A stretch of DNA of 64,000 nt from positions 5,817-69,816 of the forward strand of contig JAJYGC010000020.1 of assembly GCA_021785195.1 (NCBI GenBank), given 5' to 3'. The stretch's first letter is position 1, and every line of letters begins with the position of its first letter. This document shows positions 17,322 through 24,815 of the stretch, piece by piece. Origin of the DNA: Nitrospirota bacterium (lineage in GTDB: Bacteria > Nitrospirota > Leptospirillia > Leptospirillales > Leptospirillaceae). The translations under genes were made by a program, and so were the position numbers. Under the pieces are notes generated by a model, which worked only from the letters and a program-made list of their open reading frames with translations, was not told the DNA's origin and ran no database searches.

Positions 17322-17924
17322 ATGTATGTGACACCCGAGGATATTCCCCTCAAGCTTCTCGTCCAGCGCGCCCTCGAAGCGGTGGAAGGGGGGGTCACGG
17401 CCATCCAGGTCCGCCGGAAGACCGGGAACGGGAGGGACCTGTTCGACCTGGCCATCCTGCTGGCCGAATCCCTGCCCGCGGAATTTCCCCTGCTCGTCAA
17501 CGGACGTCTGGATGTTGCCCTGGAGTCCGGCGCCTGGGGGCTTCACCTTCCGGAAGGGCACATTCATTTGTCCCGGTTTCGGGAGAAATCGTCCGCCCTG
17601 CATCTGGGCGTTTCCTGCCATAGCCTCGAATCCGCCCGGGTGGCCCGGGACGAAGGCGCGGACTACCTCGTTTTCGGTCCCGTTTTCGACACCCCGTCAA
17701 AACGGGAATTTGGTCCTCCTCAGGGCATTGAGCGTCTGAAAGAAGTCGTGGAGGCCATCGACCTTCCCGTCATTGCAATCGGAGGGATCGGTGAAGGGAA
17801 CATTGGGCCGATCCGCAGGGCCGGTGCGGCGGGAATCGCGGTCATGGGAGCGCTGGCCTATGTGGAGGACGCCCGTTCTGCGGCCTTTTCCCTGAGGCGC
17901 CAATGGGTTCGGGAGCGGGGATGA
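17322..17924 (+). CDS. thiE: Thiamine-phosphate synthase
   Basis: IQVRRK, LLVNGRLDVAL, DYLVFGPVFDTPSK and VIAIGGI motifs. The frame is open back to 17280, so a non-ATG start upstream is possible. Confidence 0.85.
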   Translation: MYVTPEDIPLKLLVQRALEAVEGGVTAIQVRRKTGNGRDLFDLAILLAESLPAEFPLLVNGRLDVALESGAWGLHLPEGHIHLSRFREKSSALHLGVSCHSLESARVARDEGADYLVFGPVFDTPSKREFGPPQGIERLKEVVEAIDLPVIAIGGIGEGNIGPIRRAGAAGIAVMGALAYVEDARSAAFSLRRQWVRERG

Positions 17925-18832
17925 AGATGAAAAAGACTTGGAAAACGGTTTTTTGGCTCTTCTCCTCCTGGATTGCGGGAATGGGGTTTCCTGCCTCGCC
18001 GGTGTTCTCGGAACCGGTGAAGCCGGCCGTCTCGGTGGTCCAGGGGGGATTCTTTCTGGTGTACGAACCCTCGGGAAAAGGGACGGATGCGGTGTCTTTT
18101 CTCGGAAGAAGCTATCCGATGGAAGCTGTTTCCCGAAGTTTTTTCGGAGTGCCCTCCGGAAGCCGCGTGGCTTTGGTGGGGATTGATTTTTCCCAGAAGC
18201 CGGGAATCGAGTCGATGACCCTGAACACCTCCTCCATGACCGTTCCGATCCGGATCGTTTCCCGGGCCTTCCATGTTTCCCGGTTGACGGTGAAATCCCG
18301 CTTTGTCTCCCCCCCTCCTGCCCTGATCTCCCGGATTATCCGGGAACGGCACCAGATCATAACGACTTTGGCGAGGCACTCCCCGATCCTGTTCGACCGC
18401 CCATTTCTTCTTCCCGTCCAGGGGAGGGTCACCCACGATTTCGGAGCGATCCGGATCCTGAACGGAAAGACGATGTCGCGCCATTCGGGGGAGGACATCG
18501 ATGCGCCGGAAGGATCGCCGGTTCTCGCCGCCAACGACGGGACGGTCGTTCTGGCCGGCCGCTTTTACTATGACGGCAATATGGTCATTATCGACCACGG
18601 CGGAGGATTGTTGACCGAATACCTCCATATGAGCACCATTCTGGTCCACCCTGGCGAACGGGTCCTCAAGGGAACCCTGGTAGGTCGGGTAGGGCATACC
18701 GGCCGGGTGACGGGTCCGGTTTTCCATTATGGGGCAATCCTGGCCGGCCGCCACATCAATCCGATGCTCCTGTCGGTGTTTCCGGGCTCCAGGCTGGTTC
18801 TGGAAACCCGGTCCCAACCGGTCCTTCACTAA
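17921..18832 (+). CDS. M23 family metallopeptidase (secreted)
   Basis: HSGEDIDAPEGSPVLAANDG...IDHGGGLLTEYLHMS...GHTGRVTGPVFHY (H-x-x-x-D and H-x-H motifs) with an N-terminal signal-like MKMKKTWKTVFWLF. The ATG overlaps the thiE stop (ATGA). Confidence 0.85.
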   Translation: MKMKKTWKTVFWLFSSWIAGMGFPASPVFSEPVKPAVSVVQGGFFLVYEPSGKGTDAVSFLGRSYPMEAVSRSFFGVPSGSRVALVGIDFSQKPGIESMTLNTSSMTVPIRIVSRAFHVSRLTVKSRFVSPPPALISRIIRERHQIITTLARHSPILFDRPFLLPVQGRVTHDFGAIRILNGKTMSRHSGEDIDAPEGSPVLAANDGTVVLAGRFYYDGNMVIIDHGGGLLTEYLHMSTILVHPGERVLKGTLVGRVGHTGRVTGPVFHYGAILAGRHINPMLLSVFPGSRLVLETRSQPVLH

Positions 18833-18834
18833 AG

Positions 18835-19671
18835 ATGTCCGTCAGTCCGGTCTGGGTGTTGTCCGGGGTGGACCCGTCGGGAGGGGCCGGACTCCATCAG
18901 GACCTCCGCGTACTCGAGTCCCTTGGACTGTTGCCCAGGGGAATTCCGACTTCGTTGACGGTCCAGAACCTTTCGGTGGTGAAAGAGGTCTTTCCGGTCC
19001 CCGGTCCCCTGTTCAGGAAGATGGCGGAAACGGTCGGGGAAGGGGAGAGGCCCCAGGGAATCAGGGTGGGGCTCCTTCCCGATTCCCTGGTCGGGGACCT
19101 TGTGTTTCTTCTGAAGGAATGGGGCCCGGGGATTCCGGTGGTTCTGGATCCCGTGTTCAGGTTCGGAACCGGGGATCGCTTTCTGGACCCCGGGGCTTAT
19201 CGGTCGGCCGCCCGGATTCTGTTTCCATTCGTCGATCTCCTGACCCCCAACCTTCCGGAGGCCCAAGTTCTGCTCGGGTATCGGATCGAACCTGAAAAAG
19301 GCGCGATGGAGTCTGCTGCCCGCTGCATCCTTGACCAGTTCTCTCCCAAGGCCGTGTACCTGAAGGGAGGGCATGGTCCGGGTCCCAGGAAGATGGACCT
19401 TTTTCTGGACAGGGACGAACGGATGTTTCTCGAAAATCCCTCCGTCGCGCTCACGGGGCTCCATGGAGGGGGGTGCACGCTGGCGTCGCTCCTGCTGGGC
19501 CATCGCGTCCTGAACCCTTCAACACCCTGGACGGAATCCGTGACCCGTGCCCGGGCCCTCTTTCAGGAAGCCCTGCTCTGGGAGGCCCGTCAGGAAGGGG
19601 GATCCCGCCGGACGCTGGAACGTTTTTTCGTCGGACGGATGATCCGGGAAGGGATTTCCCCTTCCGGATAA
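18835..19671 (+). CDS. thiD: Hydroxymethylpyrimidine/phosphomethylpyrimidine kinase
   Basis: VLSGVDPSGGAGLHQDLRV...SLTVQN and the C-terminal GGGCTLAS motif. Confidence 0.8.
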   Translation: MSVSPVWVLSGVDPSGGAGLHQDLRVLESLGLLPRGIPTSLTVQNLSVVKEVFPVPGPLFRKMAETVGEGERPQGIRVGLLPDSLVGDLVFLLKEWGPGIPVVLDPVFRFGTGDRFLDPGAYRSAARILFPFVDLLTPNLPEAQVLLGYRIEPEKGAMESAARCILDQFSPKAVYLKGGHGPGPRKMDLFLDRDERMFLENPSVALTGLHGGGCTLASLLLGHRVLNPSTPWTESVTRARALFQEALLWEARQEGGSRRTLERFFVGRMIREGISPSG

Positions 19672-19693
19672 ACATTTTCCGGAGGATTGGGAT

Positions 19694-19703
19694 CCCCCCC
19701 CCC
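19694..19703 (+). repeat. C10 homopolymer tract
   Basis: Ten consecutive C read directly, 23 nt downstream of the thiD stop. Confidence 0.9.
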
Positions 19704-19734
19704 GGACCGTGTTCCCTCCGCGAGGCACAGAAGT

Positions 19735-19763
19735 TTGACTTAAATTGGCTTATCCAATATTCT
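19735..19763 (+). promoter_or_regulatory. Sigma-70-like promoter candidate for thrS
   Basis: TTGACT (19735-19740), a 17-nt spacer, then TATTCT (19758-19763). This would give a ~160-nt leader. Confidence 0.4.
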
Positions 19764-19932
19764 CGTAAAATAAGATAGTCTTGTGGTAGACTGGACCCTT
19801 TATGTCGTCTCCGGCATTTTCCGACATTCGTTGGATTGATTGGGGATTCATTGGCACCGTTGGTAATCGAAGGCAATCGTCGGCGTTGTTTTCGGGGGCG
19901 CAGGTTGGAGAACCCCATTTTTTAGGGATAGA

Positions 19933-21699
19933 ATGAAACAACAGGATTCCCAGAAACACAGTTCGCTTGTGGCACTTCGACATAGCGCTGCCCATACTCT
20001 TGCACAGGCTGTAAAGAAGCTTTTTCCGACCGCCCAGGTTGGTGTGGGACCGGCGACGGAAGAAGGATTCTATTACGACTTCCGGTATGAACGCCCTTTT
20101 ACCCCGGAAGACCTTGAACGGATTGAATCCGAGATGAAATCGGTGATCCGGGCCTCGTTTCCGATTGTCCGGCGGCCGGTGAGCCGCTCTGAGGCTACAG
20201 CGCTCTTTTCGGGCCTGGGCGAACCATTCAAGCTTGAACTGATCCAGGGGATCCCGGATGAGGCGGAGATCACGGTTTATGAACAGGGAGAGTTCGTGGA
20301 CCTGTGCCGCGGTCCGCATGTCCCTTCCACGGGGGATATTCCGGCGGTCAAGCTTCTTTCGACGTCGAGCGCCTATTGGAAAGGGATCGAGTCCAATCCC
20401 TCCCTTCAGCGGATTTATGGAACGGCGTTTGAAAGCGAGGGAGACCTCGATGCCTACCTGAAGCAGCTTGAGGAAATCCAGAAGAGGGATCACCGGAAAT
20501 TGGGAAAAGAGCTGGACCTGTTCCGGACCCTTGATGAAAAGGGAGCGGGTCTCGTCCTTTGGCTTCCCAAGGGGAGCCAGGTTCGCCGGACCCTGGAGGA
20601 TCTCTGGAAAACGCTGCATGACCAGCACGGGTACCGGTATGTCTATACGCCGCATATTGCCCGGCTTGACCTCTGGAAGCAGTCCGGCCACTGGGACTAT
20701 TACCGCGACAGCATGTTCAAGCCGATGGAAACGGAAGGGACGTCCTATGAGCTGAAACCCATGAACTGCCCCTTCCATATCCTGATCTTCAAGGAGAGCG
20801 TCCAGAGCTACCGGGACCTCCCCATCCGTCTTTCGGAGCTGGGAACGGTTTACCGGTACGAGCGTTCCGGAACCCTTCACGGGTTGATGCGGGTGAGGGG
20901 GTTCACCCAGGACGATGCGCACATTTTCTGCAAGCCTGAAGACCTTTCCGATGAAATCCAGAAGGTCCTCGCGCTGGTGGATCAGATGATCGGTCGGTTC
21001 GGATTTCAGGACCGGACGGTCTTTCTCTCGACCCGGCCGGACAAGTCGGTCGGTTCCGACGAGAATTGGGCCATGGCGACCGATGCCCTGAAGAGCGCGC
21101 TGGAACAGGCAAATGTCCCTTATGAGATCGATCCGGGGGAAGGGGTGTTCTATGGTCCGAAAATCGACATCAAGTTTCATGATGCGATTGGACGGGCCTG
21201 GCAGCTGTCGACCATCCAGGTCGATTTCAACCTCCCGGAAAAATTCGACCTGACCTATCGGAACGCGAAGGGAGAGGTTGCCCGACCGATCATGATTCAC
21301 CGGGCGCTGTTCGGGTCGATCGAACGGTTCTTCGGGATTCTCATCGAGCATTACATGGGGGCTTTCCCCCTGTGGTTGGCGCCGGAACAGGTGAGGGTCA
21401 TGTCCCTGGCCGACCGGCATATCCCCTATGCCCAGGCCCTTGTGGACCGTCTGAAGTCTCTGCGGGTCAGGGCCGAAGGGGACTTTCGCAATGAGAAAAT
21501 CGGGTTTAAGATTAGGGAAGCCCAGCTCTGGAAGGTCCCGGAAATGTGGATTGTCGGTGATCGGGAGGTTCAGGAAAACCGGGTATCCCTGAGAACCCGG
21601 GAAGGCGAAAAGTCGGATCTGATCCCTCAGGAGACTGCGGTTGGGGATCTTCTTGCACGCTGCAGGCCGGCAGAGTGGGCAGGGAATCCGTGGCCATAA
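19933..21699 (+). CDS. thrS: Threonyl-tRNA synthetase lacking the N-terminal TGS domain
   Basis: The protein starts 12 aa before the editing-domain LRHSAAHTLAQAV (H-x3-H). Class II core motifs RGFTQDDAHIF and HRALFGSIERF are present. An in-frame stop lies 23 codons upstream. Confidence 0.92.
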   Translation: MKQQDSQKHSSLVALRHSAAHTLAQAVKKLFPTAQVGVGPATEEGFYYDFRYERPFTPEDLERIESEMKSVIRASFPIVRRPVSRSEATALFSGLGEPFKLELIQGIPDEAEITVYEQGEFVDLCRGPHVPSTGDIPAVKLLSTSSAYWKGIESNPSLQRIYGTAFESEGDLDAYLKQLEEIQKRDHRKLGKELDLFRTLDEKGAGLVLWLPKGSQVRRTLEDLWKTLHDQHGYRYVYTPHIARLDLWKQSGHWDYYRDSMFKPMETEGTSYELKPMNCPFHILIFKESVQSYRDLPIRLSELGTVYRYERSGTLHGLMRVRGFTQDDAHIFCKPEDLSDEIQKVLALVDQMIGRFGFQDRTVFLSTRPDKSVGSDENWAMATDALKSALEQANVPYEIDPGEGVFYGPKIDIKFHDAIGRAWQLSTIQVDFNLPEKFDLTYRNAKGEVARPIMIHRALFGSIERFFGILIEHYMGAFPLWLAPEQVRVMSLADRHIPYAQALVDRLKSLRVRAEGDFRNEKIGFKIREAQLWKVPEMWIVGDREVQENRVSLRTREGEKSDLIPQETAVGDLLARCRPAEWAGNPWP

Positions 21700-21720
21700 C
21701 CATTAACGAGGAGGACGTCA

Positions 21721-22296
21721 ATCAATCCTAAACCCCGTGTAAACTATGAAATAAAGATCAAGGAAGTCCGGGCGATCGGACCGGACGGGGAACAGCTCGG
21801 GATCTTCCCGACCCATGCGGCGATCAAGAGGGCCGAAGAGTTGGGATACGATCTGGTCGAAGTTTCTCCGACGGCCAAACCTCCAGTCTGCAAAATGATG
21901 GATTTCGGAAAGTTCATGTATGAGCAGAGCAAGAAGGTTCATGCCATGAAGCAGCATCAGAAGTCCGGGCAGGTCAAGGAGGTCAAGTTCCGGCCGCATA
22001 TCAATGGTCATGATCTCGACACCAAGATCAACTATGTTCAGCGGTTTCTCGAAGACGGAAACAGGGCCAAGATCACCTTGATGTTCCGGGGTCGTGAAAT
22101 GATTCACACCGAGGTGGGCAAGGAACTGATGCAGAGGATCGTGGTGGCGACGGAGCCTTACGGGATTGTGGAAGTGCCGTCACGGATGGAAGGCTCCAAC
22201 ATGACGATGACGCTGGCTCCTGCCCCTGCCGCCAAACCCGGCAAGGCAGGGCAAGACAGGCCGGAGGATCCGGGAACAGAAGGGGCGGATCTGTGA
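21721..22296 (+). CDS. infC: Translation initiation factor IF-3 (non-canonical AUC start)
   Basis: Conserved N-terminus INPKPRVNYEIKIKEVRAIGPDGEQLGIFPTHAAIKRAEELGYDLVEV lies upstream of the ORF-track start. The only start-like codon after the TAA at 21697 that has an RBS (GAGGAGGA, 5-nt spacer) is ATC 21721. Confidence 0.85.
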   Translation: MNPKPRVNYEIKIKEVRAIGPDGEQLGIFPTHAAIKRAEELGYDLVEVSPTAKPPVCKMMDFGKFMYEQSKKVHAMKQHQKSGQVKEVKFRPHINGHDLDTKINYVQRFLEDGNRAKITLMFRGREMIHTEVGKELMQRIVVATEPYGIVEVPSRMEGSNMTMTLAPAPAAKPGKAGQDRPEDPGTEGADL

Positions 22297-22321
22297 TTGC
22301 CCCATTCCGAATGAAAGGATA

Positions 22322-22525
22322 ATGATTGTGGCGACAGGAAGAAAACTGAAATCGAAGAAGTCGGCAGCCAAGCGGTTTTTTGTGAGCGGGACCGGTAAGG
22401 TCCGTTACCACAAGACAAACAAGCGTCATCTGATGACAGGGAAGTCCTCAAAACGGACCCGGTCCTTGAAAACGGGTTCCCTGTTGAAGGGTCAGGCGGA
22501 TAATATCCGGGCTGTGCTGGGATAA
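22322..22525 (+). CDS. rpmI: 50S ribosomal protein L35
   Basis: KSKKSAAKRFFVSGTGKVRYHKTNKRH matches the L35 pattern, and the position between infC and rplT fits. Confidence 0.9.
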   Translation: MIVATGRKLKSKKSAAKRFFVSGTGKVRYHKTNKRHLMTGKSSKRTRSLKTGSLLKGQADNIRAVLG

Positions 22526-22582
22526 CCCGTTGAATTGTTTCCGGACGGAGAATGCCAGCCGGATTAAAAAAAGGAGAGAGGA

Positions 22583-22939
22583 ATGCCGAGAGTCAAGGGC
22601 GGGTCGATCCACAAGTCCCGCCGCAAGAAGATCATGGATTTGGCAAAAGGGTTCTGGGGTGGGCGTTCGCGTCTTTACCGCTCTGCCCGTCATACCGTTG
22701 AAAAAGGGCTGACCTACGCCTATCGCGACCGCAAGGTCAAGAAGCGCGAGTTCCGCGGTCTCTGGATCCAGCGCATCAATGCGGCCTGCCGGATGGAATC
22801 GATCAACTACAGCCGGTTCATGGCCGGTCTCAAAAAGCTTGGAATCGGCCTGGACAGGAAAATCCTGGCGGATCTGGCCCTGAACCAGCCGGAAACATTC
22901 CGTGAGCTGACCCAAAAAGCCAAACAGGCCATTTCCTGA
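22583..22939 (+). CDS. rplT: 50S ribosomal protein L20
   Basis: MPRVKGGSIHKSRRKKIMDLAKGFWGGRSRLYR...AYRDRKVKKREFRGLWIQRINAA. Confidence 0.95.
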   Translation: MPRVKGGSIHKSRRKKIMDLAKGFWGGRSRLYRSARHTVEKGLTYAYRDRKVKKREFRGLWIQRINAACRMESINYSRFMAGLKKLGIGLDRKILADLALNQPETFRELTQKAKQAIS

Positions 22940-22992
22940 CCGATTGAGCTCGATCAGGGTCCTGGTGATTTAGGACTTCTGTTTTCAGGTCC

Positions 22993-23050
22993 AAAAAAAG
23001 CCTTCCGCCGTTTCTCTCCGAGTGTCCGGGAGAGAACGGGGAAGGCTTTT
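22993..23050. terminator. Bidirectional intrinsic terminator between rplT and pheT
   Basis: About 18-bp stem (23000-23019 / 23029-23046, two 1-nt bulges), flanked by A7 upstream and TTTT downstream. Confidence 0.65.
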
Positions 23051-23088
23051 CTGATTTTGGGATCATTTCCCCTGCCGGTCGATATGGG

Positions 23089-24792
23089 TCAGGCCGTAAC
23101 CGGAAAGAGGGAGGGGTAAAGTTGGCTCAAGTCGACCTCAAAGAGAACGGTCGGCATCCGGATTCCCCATTTTTCGAGCCATTCCGGATGGACTTCCCCG
23201 ATGTCCCCGATCGGATGGGATCGTTCGGGGACCATGATGGATCCTGAGCGTCCCGGGATGAAGGGGGAGAGGTCATGGGAGGTGAGCACCGCCTCCCACC
23301 CCATGTATCGAAGAATTTCCAGAACGACCCCGGCCATTTCGGAGACAGAGGCTGTCGGATGGGAAATCAGTCCCGAAAACAGGCTCTTTTCCCGGAGATT
23401 CGGAGGCGTTCCGGGATGTTTTTCCAGACCCTCTCCCACCTCGAACAGACGATGAGGATAGGGGAAACGGCTGGATTGGGCCTCTGCCTGGAGAAGAAAG
23501 GAGAGCAAGGTTGACCGGACGACTCCATATTGGCGGGAGACCGGATTGTCGATTTCGACCGTGCGATCCCCGGGACGTCCAAGGTCGGAGGTGTCCCGTT
23601 CAAGCGAGGTGAGGATATTGGAGAGGATCTCCTGAAATCCGAGCCCGGTCATGAGTTCCCGGATTTTGTCCTCTACCGCCCGATGGGGCGAGTCCCTCCC
23701 GGCGGTAAACGCCTCAGGAAGGGTTGGAGAGAAGCTGTCGTACCCCCGGGCGATCAGAAAGTCCTCTACGCAATCGACCGGATGGAGGAGGTCGTCCCGA
23801 TAGAATGGGGCGTAGACCCGAAACCCTTCCGGAACGATTTCGACCCGATCATATCCGTACCGGAGCAATTCCTGACGGAACGTGTGGTCGTCGATGGATT
23901 CCCCGGTGATCCGGGAAGGCAGCGATCGCGGAACGAGGATTTCCGAAGGAGAGGTGGACGGAAAGGTCCGCCGGATATCTCCGGATTCGACGGTGACCGG
24001 TTCGATCGAAAATCCCCGGTCAAACAGGTTCGCCGCGAAAATGTTCAGGACCAGCCTGACCCGTTCCGGGTCAAATCCCGTCGCTTCGATGAAGAGTTCG
24101 TGATCCTGGGTCGTGACCTCTCCTGTTTCCCGGGCATTGGTGATCGGAGGAAACGAGAGGATTTTCCCGTGGTGGTCCTTGAGGAGGGGATATCGGTGTT
24201 GTCCTGAAAGAAGTTTGCCGTAAATCTTGCCCTTGGGGTGAGACCGGAGGATCTCCTGGAGGGTGGCGGGGGCCTCGGAGCCCAGGGGAACAAAAGAGGT
24301 TGTGTCGGGGGCAACCGCTTCGTAGAGAAGGGGAAACGAGAATGATCGGAGCGGATACACCCCGATGGCGACATCCGCCCTTTTGCGTCCATACAGCTCG
24401 GACAGCCTTTCCTGGGCGCCAATGAGCTGGGTCAGGCCGGATTCTCCGATCTGGGGGCCTCGCGCGACAAAGCCGCCGATGACGGGTCTCACCCCTTGCA
24501 CCGATGGGCTTGTTGTCACCACGAGCGTTCCCGGGGAAGGGGAGATGGCCAGCTGTTCCCAGGGGCGTCCGGAGGGGGATCGTCCCCCCCTGAGCTGCCG
24601 TGCAATGCCTTCAACGCACCAGAGATCGGGCCGGTTGGTGTCGTTGAGTTCGATCTTGAGCAATCCGGAGCGGGGATCCGCTTCCTTGAGCTCTCCTTTC
24701 ACCCAGTCGAGGCGCCGGTCCAGATCGTCTACGGAAATGGGTGATCCCACCAGCATCTCCAGGTCTTTCAGGGTTGTTTCAAGAGTCGGCAC
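23089..24792 (-). CDS. pheT: Phenylalanyl-tRNA synthetase beta subunit, archaeal/eukaryotic type (567 aa)
   Basis: MPTLETTLKDLEMLVG...IELNDTNRPDLWCVEGIARQLRG is the archaeal-type B1/B5 N-terminus. Its length of ~570 aa compares with ~800 aa for the bacterial type. Confidence 0.85.
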   Translation of the reverse strand: MPTLETTLKDLEMLVGSPISVDDLDRRLDWVKGELKEADPRSGLLKIELNDTNRPDLWCVEGIARQLRGGRSPSGRPWEQLAISPSPGTLVVTTSPSVQGVRPVIGGFVARGPQIGESGLTQLIGAQERLSELYGRKRADVAIGVYPLRSFSFPLLYEAVAPDTTSFVPLGSEAPATLQEILRSHPKGKIYGKLLSGQHRYPLLKDHHGKILSFPPITNARETGEVTTQDHELFIEATGFDPERVRLVLNIFAANLFDRGFSIEPVTVESGDIRRTFPSTSPSEILVPRSLPSRITGESIDDHTFRQELLRYGYDRVEIVPEGFRVYAPFYRDDLLHPVDCVEDFLIARGYDSFSPTLPEAFTAGRDSPHRAVEDKIRELMTGLGFQEILSNILTSLERDTSDLGRPGDRTVEIDNPVSRQYGVVRSTLLSFLLQAEAQSSRFPYPHRLFEVGEGLEKHPGTPPNLREKSLFSGLISHPTASVSEMAGVVLEILRYMGWEAVLTSHDLSPFIPGRSGSIMVPERSHPIGDIGEVHPEWLEKWGIRMPTVLFEVDLSQLYPSLFPVTA

Positions 24793-24815
24793 AGTGTTCC
24801 TTTCCTGTCACAGGT

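Noticed and set aside
19800-19932. T-box or frameshifted TGS domain upstream of thrS
   Set aside because: No T-box (AATTAGGGTGGTACCGCG-like) sequence is present. None of the three forward frames gives a TGS-like beta-grasp sequence.
19750-21420. 556-aa ORF antisense to thrS. Similar cases: 37904-39310 (antisense to the large subunit), 42874-44382 (antisense to proA), 48308-49516 (antisense to dinG), 55801-56880 (antisense to polA), 45476-46888 (antisense to lapB), 40395-41390 (antisense to obg)
   Set aside because: All are mirror frames of confidently identified genes. They are rich in Arg, Pro and Gly and lack any motif I recognise. I treat them as compositional artefacts.
21762-21773. GGAAGTCCGGGC, resembling the universally conserved RNase P RNA P4 element
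   Set aside because: It lies inside the well-conserved IF-3 N-domain coding sequence (IKEVRAIG). There is no surrounding RNase P-like structure, so it is a coincidence.
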